Origin: Lepidodermella squamata
Taxonomy: Eukaryota > Animalia > Gastrotricha
Direction of reading: 5' to 3'
Assembly: GCA_047495785.1 (NCBI GenBank)
Contig: JBLDXI010000009.1
Span: 1,364,001-1,428,000 of the forward strand
DNA: 64,000 nucleotides
The notes below the pieces were generated by a model. It searched no databases and was not told where the DNA came from. It saw only the letters and a program-made list of their open reading frames with translations. Position numbers and translations under genes: made by a program. Positions 53,181 to 64,000 of the stretch are shown piece after piece (the first letter of the stretch is position 1; each line of letters begins with the position of its first letter).

Positions 53181-53969
53181 GCTGGAAAATTCCCGTTGTA
53201 TCTCTTATTGTTCCTTTTTCAACGTAGTGCGACGATGGCTCGGTAATAACGGAGATGAATTAGCTTATAGCACAGGACTTTGGCTAGTATTGATTCACTT
53301 GTTGACGATTGACGAAGCGACGCCTCGACGGGGCAATAAAAAAACGAATTGATAAACAGCAATAAACACTTGCTGCGCAGCATGATTCATTTGCTCGGCA
53401 AAGCCATGGCATGTATGGATAATACAATGGTGTCGGTTGCACGGTCAACGGTATTATTCAACGGTTATAAGGTTCAACTTGAATAATAAATATTGTGCAA
53501 TATCACATCCCCTAAAACCGTACTCAATTCGCGGTGATGATGAACTTGCGCTCCAAGTTGCGAATTCCTATATCTTTCCGCAATGTCAATCTCAAAGAAT
53601 TACCGAGTTGCGACACATTACCGAGTTCGACCAACAGCCAGACTTCAATTCATAAAAGTTGGAATTCGAGTATTTACCTAACTATTTTATTGCAGTCATG
53701 TATAGCTGTAGATTAGTGATCTCTTCTTGAAAATTATTTTGAGGAAAATTATAGACTTCAGATACACAGGTCAAGTTTCAAATTTTAGGCTCATTATTAG
53801 GTGCAAACTTTTGATTCAGCAATATTATATTAGTACCGGATTATTGAGTTATATTAAAATGAGTTTTTAAGCTGCACCGGAACTTGAGGATGAATCAAGT
53901 ATCGAAATGAAAGTTTATCAGCTTGCATCATCTCCTCCCATCTTTTGCTGCAAGAAACTAGCTGCGAAA

Positions 53970-56900
53970 TCAAGGGTCAAACGGGGTTTTCGGCTCATTC
54001 TCCATGATGTTTTTGATCCACGGAATGTGGTAAGAAACCGAAGTGTACATGCCAGGAACACCTTGGAGCAAACATTATACAGGGTGTTTAAAATGTGGCG
54101 CACACTGAATAACCTGCGGCAAATGTTTACCGCACAACACACTACAAACTATACACTGGACTACTGCACACTGACACCGCATTGAATTTAGCAGCGCGCT
54201 TTCATCAACACTAACTTTCCAACGAAGGATAAGTGACATGGTCAACGCCAAGTCGCTAACCACCCAGCACCAAGCTGAATTTTTTTTCATTATCGTTCGA
54301 TAGCCCAATGCATGCGCTACCAGGCTAAGTACTCGCGCCCGAAATCCATCCAGCCGTAATATTGTAAGAAGTCTGACTCGAAAACTTCAAATGGCCGTCA
54401 TGAGGCAGTAATTCTCTATAAAACGGGTGACATTCAGAGGATTGAGCTCCTTTGACCACTGGGCGGATTTTCGATTTCTGGACGTTGTCGTATAGCCCCA
54501 AGTCGAATCAAGACGAGTCACAACAGAGGCAAAAATAGTTCAAATACTATAGTATAGTATAGTATAGTATAGCAGTTTTTAGACAAAGACAGGTGTCGTA
54601 CCGACTACTCGAAGCTCCAAACCGCTGGGCGGATTTTTGATTTTTTGGTGTCGGTTAATAGCCGGTAGATGCTCTATGAATGTGGTCTCTCGCGCAATGA
54701 AATCATTTAATAGCATCGCAAAATAAATGCTCGCGAAAACGAGTCAAAATGGGCTCAATGGGGGCATTTTTCCAAAAACCGTAGCCATTGGGTCAGACGT
54801 GTAGTTCTAACCGCGTATTTGATTTTCGATTTTGTAGACAGCCCGACTAACATCCAATAGCATCCAAGCCACTAAAATCGATCCATAATATTTTGAGTCA
54901 AAAAGGGGGTAAAAAGGCAGTTAGTCCAGCGAAATTCTTCCGGTAATGGTTGTAAAAGTGGCCAAAATCGTGTGTCCTGGCATCTATCGCTTTAGCTGCC
55001 ATTTCGCCAATTCGTGGCATTTTTCCTCGAGCCTACAACCATGGGAAAGAGGACACTCGCCTGAATTTTTTGAGCTATAGCTCATTGTCGTGTGATGAGC
55101 GGGTGGGAAGTACCAGGTCAGCAAACTCATTTTTTAGGTTGGCAAATCATAACCATTTAAAAAAATCATATTTTGTCTCTTATATCGCTAACCGTTTATA
55201 ACATCGGATTTTTTTTAAATCCCCGCGGAATAACTCAGAGGAAGCTTGCCAGCAACTCGTCTGATCATAACCTGGGGTTTTGACCGCTCAGAGAATCGTA
55301 AAACTGTAGTTATCACGTCCGTCTGCATGAGTGGGGTTATTCTTCACTTCACGAATGAAGCCGTGAATACTGTTACTGCCAGAGTCTCTGAGCGGCTGAA
55401 CCCCCAGGATATGATCGGACGGGTCGCCGGCAAGCTCCTTCCGAGTTATTCCGCGGTGAATTTAACAAAATGCGACATTCAGAGCGGCACGCGATGTGAG
55501 AGTCGAAATCTTGTTTTTTCAAATGGTTGTCATTCAGGATCTTAACCCTTTCATGGCGGAATTATTTACCTGCGGTAGAAAAAATATTTAACAGCTGTTT
55601 TGGGGGTTTTCGAAGGCCCTGATCACGATTTTGAAATCCTTTTGTCTTTATCTATCACTGTTAGGGCTGTACAAAAAGAGGGCGAAAATAATAGCACTCG
55701 CACCGTACTGCCGGCACGGTCAACTACGGTGCAACTACGGTGCCGGTACGGCCGGTCATCTACGGCGCCGTAGCGATTCCGTAACTTTTAGAAAATTCCC
55801 CCTGACTTCAAATTTATGAAATCTAACAAAATATCATATCACCAATTAGGGATACGGATTGGCCAATAAGCTTAATATGAACCGGCGATAAAAGGTCACG
55901 TAAGCATTAATGAAAAATCAGGTAAAGGCTTCAGATTACAGTCCCGCTCCTGAAAACGTTTGAAAGCATGTATAACTGTGAAACGATATATTCAATCACT
56001 ACCTGGAGGTCGACAGTAACAAGGCGGAAACAAGAATGACGATTTCACTACGGTTCGAACTGACCAATGTGCCCTTGAAGTAGTTACACCTGTGATGACG
56101 AGCGCCAATAGGCTGATTTCAGACTAGACATTTTAGCCCGGTTTAACGGGTTTCTGAAACTAAATGGCCCATCCTGGGTAGCCATCGGCTTCCCTGGGAT
56201 CCCAGCTATCAGATGGATATGCTGGAACCCGCCCGCCTTCAAACACTAGGTCAACCTGGGTTCCCAAAGTTCCCCATAACATAGCATTTTAGGCTGATTT
56301 TAGAGTTTGGGTTCCAGCCCGGTTTAACGGGTTTCTGAAACTAAATGGCCCATCCTGGGTAGCCATCGGCTTCCCTGGGATCCCAGCTATCAGATGGATA
56401 TGCTGGAACCCGCCCGCCTTCAAACACCAGGTCAACCTGGGTTCCCAAAGTTCGCCATATCATAGCATTTTAGGCTGATTTTAGAGTTTGGGTTCCAGCC
56501 CGGTTTAACGGGTTTCTGAAACTAAATGGCCCATCCTGGGTAGCCATCGGCTTCCCTGGGATCCCAGCTATCAGATGGATATGCTGGAACCCGCCCGCCT
56601 TCAAACACTAGGTCAACCTGGGCTCCCAAAGTTCGCCATATCATAGCATTTTAGGCTGATTTTAGAGTTTGGGTTCCAGCCCGGTTTAACGGGTTTCTGA
56701 AACTAAATGGCCCATCCTGGGTAGCCAACGGCTTCCCTGGGATCCCAGCTATCAGATGGATATGCTGGAACCCGCCCGCCTTCAAACACCAGGTCAACCT
56801 GGGTTCCCAAAGTTCGCCATAACATAGCATTTTAGGCTGATTTTAGAGTTTGGGTTCCAGCCCGGTTTAACGGGTTTCTGAAACTAAATGGCCCATCCTG

Positions 56901-59900
56901 GGTAGCCATCGGCTTCCCTGGGATCCCAGCTATCAGATGGATATGATGGAACCCGCCCGCCTTCAAACACCAGGTCAACCTGGGTTCTCAAAGTTCGCCA
57001 TATCATAGCATTTTTGGCTGATTTTAGAGTTTGGGTTCCAGCCCGGTTTAACGGGTTTCTGAAACTAAATGGCCCATCCTGGGTAGCCATCGGCTTCCCT
57101 GGGATCCCAGCTATCAGATGGATATGCTGGAACCCGCCCGCCTTCAAACACCAGGTCAACCTGGGTTCCCAAAGTTCGCCATATCATAGCATTTTAGGCT
57201 GATTTTAGAGTTTGGGTTCCAGCCCGGTTTAACGGGTTTCTGAAACTAAATGGCCCATCCTGGGTAGCCATCGGCTTCCCTGGGATCCCAGCTATCAGAT
57301 GGATATGCTGGAACCCGCCCGCCTTCAAACACTAGGTCAACCTGGGTTCCCAAAGTTCGCCATATCATAGCATTTTAGGCTGATTTTAGAGTTTGGGTTC
57401 CAGCCCGGTTTAACGGGTTTCTGAAACTAAATGGCCCATCCTGGGTAGCCAACGGCTTCCTTGGGATCCCAGCTATCAGATGGATATGCTGGAACCCGCC
57501 CGCCTTCAAACACCAGGTCAACCTGGGTTCCCAAAGTTCGCCATAACATAGCATTTTAGGCTGATTTTAGAGTTTGGGTTCCAGCCCGGTTTAACGGGTT
57601 TCTGAAACTAAATGGCCCATCCTGGGTAGCCATCGGCTTCCCTGGGATCCCAGCTATCAGATGGATATGATGGAACCCGCCCGCCTTCAAACACTAGGTC
57701 AACCTGGGTTCCCAAAGTTCCCCATAACATAGCATTTTAGGCTGATTTTAGAGTTTGGGTTCCAGCCCGGTTTAACGGGTTTCTGAAACTAAATGGCCCA
57801 TCCTGGGTAGCCATCGGCTTCCCTGGGATCCCAGCTATCAGATGGATATGCTGGAACCCGCCCGCCTTCAAACACTAGGTCAACCTGGGTTCCCAAAGTT
57901 CCCCATAACATAGCATTTTAGGCTGATTTTAGAGTTTGGGTTCCAGCCCGGTTTAACGGGTTTCTGAAACTAAATGGCCCATCCTGGGTAGCCATCGGCT
58001 TCCCTGGGATCCCAGCTATCAGATGGATATGCTGGAACCCGCCCGCCTTCAAACACCAGGTCAACCTGGGTTCCCAAAGTTCGCCATATCATAGCATTTT
58101 AGGCTGATTTTAGAGTTTGGGTTCCAGCCCGGTTTAACGGGTTTCTGAAACTAAATGGCCCATCCTGGGTAGCCAACGGCTTCCCTGGGATCCCAGCTAT
58201 CAGATGGATATGCTGGAACCCGCCCGCCTTCAAACACCAGGTCAACCTGGGTTCCCAAAGTTCGCCATATCATAGCATTTTAGGCTGATTTTAGAGTTTG
58301 GGTTCCAGCCCGGTTTAACGGGTTTCTGAAACTAAATGGCCCATCCTGGGTAGCCAACGGCTTCCCTGGGATCCCAGCTATCAGATGGATATGCTGGAAC
58401 CCGCCCGCCTTCAAACACCAGGTCAACCTGGGTTCTCAAAGTTCGCCATATCATAGCATTTTTGGCTGATTTTAGAGTTTGGGTTCCAGCCCGGTTTAAC
58501 GGGTTTCTGAAACTAAATGGCCCATCCTGGGTAGCCATCGGCTTCCCTGGGATCCCAGCTATCAGATGGATATGCTGGAACCCGCCCGCCTTCAAACACC
58601 AGGTCAACCTGGGTTCTCAAAGTTCGCCATATCATAGCATTTTAGGCTGATTTTAGAGTTTGGGTTCCAGCCCGGTTTAACGGGTTTCTGAAACTAAATG
58701 GCCCATCCTGGGTAGCCATCGGCTTCCCTGGGATCCCAGCTATCAGATGGATATGCTGGAACCCGCCCGCCTTCAAACACTAGGTCAACCTGGGTTCCCA
58801 AAGTTCCCCATAACATAGCATTTTAGGCTGATTTTAGAGTTTGGGTTCCAGCCCGGTTTAACGGGTTTCTGAAACTAAATGGCCCATCCTGGGTAGCCAT
58901 CGGCTTCCCTGGGATCCCAGCTATCAGATGGATATGCTGGAACCCGCCCGCCTTCAAACACCAGGTCAACCTGGGTTCCCAAAGTTCGCCATATCATAGC
59001 ATTTTTGGCTGATTTTAGAGTTTGGGTTCCAGCCCGGTTTAACGGGTTTCGAAGACTCCCAAACGCATCGCGGATTGTCCACGTCTTCATATTAGACACG
59101 CCTTTGTAAGCAGATCGCTGCAATTAGTATTGAGTGCACCTATCCCTTGTGATTCAACGGATATACATTCAGCCCAAGCCATTCAGCTGGCTACATGCTG
59201 ACTTTTCGAAAATTTGTATCCTAACTGTGTTTTTCAGTTTTCGACTTGTTTTCAGGTAGCCTACCTCTTATCGACGGTGTATGCGAAAATTCGTGAAAAT
59301 CCCATTAAGGTTATCATGTTTTTAAAAATATTTTGAGCTGGCCGTAGCACGCGAAAATGCTACGTAGCACTGTGGTAGCGCTGAAATAGCAGTCGACGTA
59401 GCGCTACCGTAGCGGCCCCGTAGTTGTGCTATTTGAGTGCTATTATTTTCGTATACTGCCGAAATCGTCCTATCCGCCCAGCTGATTTCAGGCGATTTTT
59501 CGAGTACCCTAATTTCTGTGTCAGGTGCCTTCAGTTTTGGAATTTTAGATTATAAATTACTCCCATGAATGTCCCTAAGAATCCCCCTAACTTATATCAC
59601 CAAAAACATTCAGAGTGAAAAAGTTTTAGAGGCTCAGCATTCAGATCTGAATTCAGCTTTTCCAGTTATTGCTCGCGACAGTTTTTGCAGCGCAAAAATC
59701 ACGCACTCCGCCTATATAAGTCTGGGCGGATAGGACGAATTCGGCCGGTTTAATTGAATATCAATAGCGTCGTCACTTTTAATTTCCAACTCGAAAAAAT
59801 TTAAACAGAGGTCAATGAGACTATGGCGGACACTGTGGTATTTTTTGTTGGATCAAAAAATGATCAGAAACCTATGAAATTTCAAGTTGAAAAAAATCGA

Positions 59901-61697
59901 AATTTCATTTCAATCTCAGGTTAACTATTTTCAAATTGCTAGTATGTCCTGACCATGCAAGATAACGGTGCCCTGGTCTCAAAACCTTGTAGCCAACATC
60001 GAAGAGCAAAATTGCTCAAAAGGGCGATCAAGAATTCATCAAATTCAATTTTCTGCGATTTTCCAAAGTCGAAATTCCGAAATCGTCCTTCCCGCCGTGA
60101 AAGGGTTAAAATATGAGATCGTTGACTTCCCACACGCTCATCGCCCAAAGTTGAACTTTGGCTCAAAACAAATCAGGCAAGAGTCCTCTTTCTGACGATG
60201 CTGGCTGGAGGAAAAATTCTACGATTTGGCGAAATGGCAAGCAAAGAACTTGAACCAAATTTATAGGACAAGCTGTATTTGGTCTTCCTTAAAAAAAATC
60301 AGACTGTAATTTGTAATCAAAATGTTGACCTTAAATACCAATACTGCGCTATTCTGCTAGGAGACTACTGACATTCACCATCCTTCATGTGTTCTACGTT
60401 CTACGGCAGTATACAATAACAATCAAGGTTGATGATCGGGCATAAACAAACGCGCATACGCACTATATGACATACACATTAAATAATGGTGGGCGCGCAA
60501 AAATTTATTACACGGCATGGATACCATGGTAACCGTATCCCGCAAATTATTGTGTGTGCGCCACATTTGAAACACCCAGTAACTAGACACTTCATTGGTC
60601 ACATGAATAAAAATTACCACGAGATGCGCATTTTGTGGCTCCAAAGGAGACAGCCCCGGATAAGATCCACTTGCCAGCTACCCCTTTCTCCGCGGCAATT
60701 TTGTTAGATTTAGGTAGCTTGCAAATCAAAGGTCCACCGCTAACAGAATAACAAAAGTATATTTCAATTCAAGACTTGATTTGTTTGCTAACCTGTCACC
60801 GAAGCATGTGTCCCTTTCAAAGTCCTCGGAGATGGCGCAGATGATCTTGCCGTCCTTCATGTGGTCCCGTAAGCGCCAGGTTTTAGCGCACTGGTCAATA
60901 CTGAACACTGGGATTTCGATCTCAAGTGCAACGTCACTGCCTTTTCCTATATTTCCAATCTAAGATTGTCCAATATTTGATAAAAAAAAAATCGTTATAC
61001 CCTGCTCAGTGCGACCCCAACCGGCTGAAAATTATTAAGGATTCAAGTTGGTGATTTCATTGTTTTACATAAACTCACCGGCAATGCACTTTGTTCCAGT
61101 TGGGTACTGAAGACCGTGTGGGGGCAACGGCGAGATCAGAGCGTGCAAGTTTTTGTTGATAGGTCGCTTCAGCTTCAACAAAGCAATGTCCCAACCGTTA
61201 GCCAAATAAGAAGCTAAACAAAAAATAATGCCGAATTAAATACGCTATCGTTAATGACAAAACTGACAATTGACATTCTCGTGAGCCCAGAACTTTTCGA
61301 CCTCAATATCTTCAACCAAGGGGCTTTTGGCGGCTGTTGACATGCGATGAGCCCCAACGCGGACAAGCAGCTCATCGACTGGCACGCGTTTGTCAATGTC
61401 TCGGACGACACAATGCGCAGCAGTCAGAATCCATTGGTCAGCAATCAGCGATCCGCCACAAGCGTAGTGGTACTTGCGACCTGCCTGACGGCCGTTGGAT
61501 TCGCTGTGAATGTCCAGCACGCCGCGGGGCTTCAGTAAAGCCGCCATAAATTTCCACGAGTCTTCATCGGTTTCAACGCCGTGGATAACGCGACGGTCGA
61601 CTTTAAGGCCATTACGGCTATCCGCATCATTTTTGACAGGGAAATCGCACAGTGAGCCTGAGGCTAGAATACCGATGACGAATAATTTCAAAAACAT
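53970..61697 (-). CDS. Secreted trypsin-like serine protease 4; last intron expanded to ~6.55 kb by nested transposons
   Basis: Exons at ~60618-61697 carry the His, Asp and Ser motifs; the last exon GVPGMYTSV...PFDP* is at 53970-54061; no disabling mutation seen in the exons. Confidence 0.8.
54548..54572. repeat. (TATAG)5 microsatellite inside the mariner-type element
   Basis: Directly visible in the sequence. Confidence 0.8.
55546..60105. mobile_element. Non-autonomous piggyBac-type element, 4,560 bp
   Basis: TTAA-CCCTTTCATGGCGG ... CCGCCGTGAAAGGG-TTAA. Its removal restores a continuous palindrome arm. No transposase ORF seen. Confidence 0.88.
56135..59050. repeat. Satellite array: 16 complete 181-bp monomers plus 20 bp
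   Basis: AGCCCGGTTTAACGGG recurs every 181 bp (56135, 56316 ... 59031); no indels seen and only a handful of recurrent variant sites. Confidence 0.97.
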
Positions 61698-61942
61698 TGT
61701 GAGAAATTTCGAGTATTCATACAAGAGATAACAATGCTATGAAGTTTTTCCTTTCTTCTCCCTAACACATCCGCCAGTGGTATTTGATCACCTGCCATTC
61801 GCCGTTAGTTTTTTGTTTCCATAAACTCATAGAAATTGGCGATGAATTGTCGTATGCGAACTACAACCCCTCCGCATTAAAACAAGCCATCATTCATCTT
61901 TATATATTTTATAAAAGAAAATTTATTGATGAGTTCCTATTT

Positions 61943-63618
61943 TTATTCGAATTTTCTTCTCTCAATAAAAACTTTAAATTTTGGCGGCACGTGGGTGATG
62001 TTATGACTGCCCGATTCCAAGTCAACATCGTAACCGTCAGGAAGCGAAAATTTGAACCGATGAAGCATAGCTGTCATGAAAATGAAAAATTCTAATCGAG
62101 CCAGTTGTTCGCCCAGGCAAACACGAGGACCAACACCGAAGGGCATGAAGTAGTTAGAATGCGACAACAACCGGCCATCAACAGGGTCGATCCAACGCTC
62201 GGGTCGAAATTCGTCCGGGTCTTTCCAGTAATTCACGTCGTGATGTAGGCCCCATATGTTGTAGCTGATCATTGTATAGGGTGGTATATCGAAGCCATTT
62301 AAAGTCGTTGCTTCACTTAATGATGCGTGAAATAAACCGCCGGGCGCAATTGTCACATGCCGAAAAATTTCGCACATAACAGCATCGATATAGACTAAAT
62401 TATCGCGATCTTCAGGCGTCGGTAGCCGGTTAGTCTTAATCGCCCGATCTATGCTTTCGTGGCATCTCACCTGAATTTCCGGCCACTTGCACAGGTAAAG
62501 GATCGCCCATGTTAGAGCACTTGCTGTTGTTTCAGTGCCGGCGCCAAACATGTCACGGATGACTGGGTAAAATATTTCCTCGGTTAAAGGGTCGTTATTC
62601 GAATTTTCCTGAGCAGCGATAAATAAATCTGGAAAATCGCGAATGTTATCCGCGTTAAAATCGCGCCGGTGTTCATTTATCGCTTCGTTTAAATAATTTC
62701 GTATGAGATCACAGATTGGAAGAGCATCTTTAATCTAAAACAAAAATATTGGGAAATTTCAATAAAAAAAATGAAAAATACTCACCAGAGGCGGTTGTGT
62801 CAACCGACCCAAAATAGGAAAGACGAAAAACAAAGCGTTTTCGTTGAAAGGCCTCGCCGTGAGTTTGTACATGAGATTGAGTAAGAGAAGGAATTTTTCG
62901 TCGTTATAATTAAACCTGAAAAAAATTGAAATTCGCAGTTGCATAAAATGAAATTAATAAGGCACCTTTTCCCAAACGCTAGCGAGCATATTACGTTAGC
63001 AACCGCGTTTGCCATTAGTCGATCGATGTCAAAAAATTCGTGTTGCAGCTCGATTTTGGAGTCGAGCTCAGCGATAAGATGATCGACTTCGTCGTGAATT
63101 TTCGCAACCATTGGCATTTTGCCCATGCCAAAGTCTCGCATAGCTTTCTGGCAAAATCGCCGCTGCTGTTGCCACAATTCGCCATTTGCAGACAGCAAGC
63201 CGTAAGGATAGCCATTAAAGCCGGGCATAAAGCATTCTGGCCGGTTGCTGAACACACGTGCCTGGGTGACAAGGGCTTCTCGAATGAGATTGGGCCCATT
63301 TATGCGGATGATACGATATTGCCCGAAGTAGAACGTAAAAATCGGCCCGTATTCGTCAGCAAGTTTAGTCAAAACGCGCCAAGGCTTTTGCTTTTTGTTA
63401 GTCCCACGGCAGAGTCCACCTTAAAAAATATCGAGTAGGGCGTTGATTAACACGCGAAATATTTCCTTACATTTTCTTAGTAAAAATCTCTTTTGTGTGC
63501 CAATAAATGGCCAGGGCAGTGGGCCAGGTGGCAAATTGTAGAGTAGCCTATCCAGGATGTATACTTGACAGCCATAAGCCAGAAAAATCAGGAAAAAAAT
63601 TAGCAAAAATATAACCAT
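61943..63618 (-). CDS. CYP2-clan P450 (gene R); introns 63470(or 63500)-63420, 62965-62916, 62785-62735
   Basis: PPGP, WQQQRRF, GAGTETT, EIFR, PERW, FGVGPRVCLG. Confidence 0.9.
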
Positions 63619-64000
63619 AACCTAGAGCATCGATTTAAAAATGCATTTCATTAGTTCTGGCTATTTTGTACAAACTTACGGCCACGACAGCTCGCATGTC
63701 TTTGCTGTAATAAATGATTCGTTTGCGTCCGATGAGACATCTGTATGAGAGAAATCGATAATGACGCGCGTGCGCCTTAACGCACTCGCGTATATTAATA
63801 GTGCGCGCAAACATACGCATGTTTAATTTATTCCGCGCCTTCTGTCTCGCAGAGTGGGTAGGGCATGCGAGCTGTTATGTAGACTGTTACTTCCGCTCAC
63901 TTAATACTAACAAATAGTTATTGACAAAGGCTGTCGGGGTCACAACACCCGGCTGCTATAACCCTTAATTTCAAAGCGCGAAAATGTATAATATAGCAAA

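Larger units (their letters stand above)
54080..60579. mobile_element. Non-autonomous Tc1/mariner-type element (6.5 kb including the nested insertion)
   Basis: ~40-bp imperfect TIRs: CAGGGTGTTTAAAATGTGGCGCACAC and (reverse complement) CTGGGTGTTTCAAATGTGGCGCACAC; TA at 54078-79 and 60580-81; the paralogous introns are ~50 nt. Confidence 0.85.

Noticed and set aside
56135-59050. CRISPR array, hammerhead ribozyme, spliced-leader RNA or tRNA/5S array
   Set aside because: There are no unique spacers and the context is eukaryotic. No CTGATGA..GAAA hammerhead core is present. GGTTTAA resembles the start of nematode SL1, but no exon plus donor follows. Pol III A/B-box matches are poor and wrongly spaced.
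56884-59123. Repeated 62-91 aa ORFs in the satellite
   Set aside because: They are by-products of the 181-bp period (not a multiple of 3), start at non-ATG codons, and show no recognisable domain.

Overview
Compact animal (eukaryotic) genomic DNA with very short GT-AG introns (mostly 46-62 nt); the species cannot be named from sequence alone. The window is dominated by a tandem cluster of about 20 clan-2 (CYP2-like) cytochrome P450 genes: 19 on +, one on -, plus a decayed remnant. The cluster includes a very recent 4,788-bp duplication whose crossover maps to a 25-bp window, one nonsense copy, one frameshifted copy, two intronless copies, and a patchwork of intron presence and absence. Embedded in it are one divergent rhodopsin-class GPCR (- strand) and four trypsin-like serine proteases (- strand). 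The most unusual structure is in the last intron of the fourth protease. A 6.5-kb TA-flanked Tc1/mariner-type element there contains a ~700-bp imperfect palindrome. The palindrome's right arm is split by a 4.56-kb TTAA-flanked piggyBac-type element, which in turn carries a homogeneous 16-copy, 181-bp, dyad-rich satellite array. Several MITEs, two LINE fragments and a hAT fragment are also present. Exon and intron coordinates were inferred by eye from splice signals and paralog comparison.
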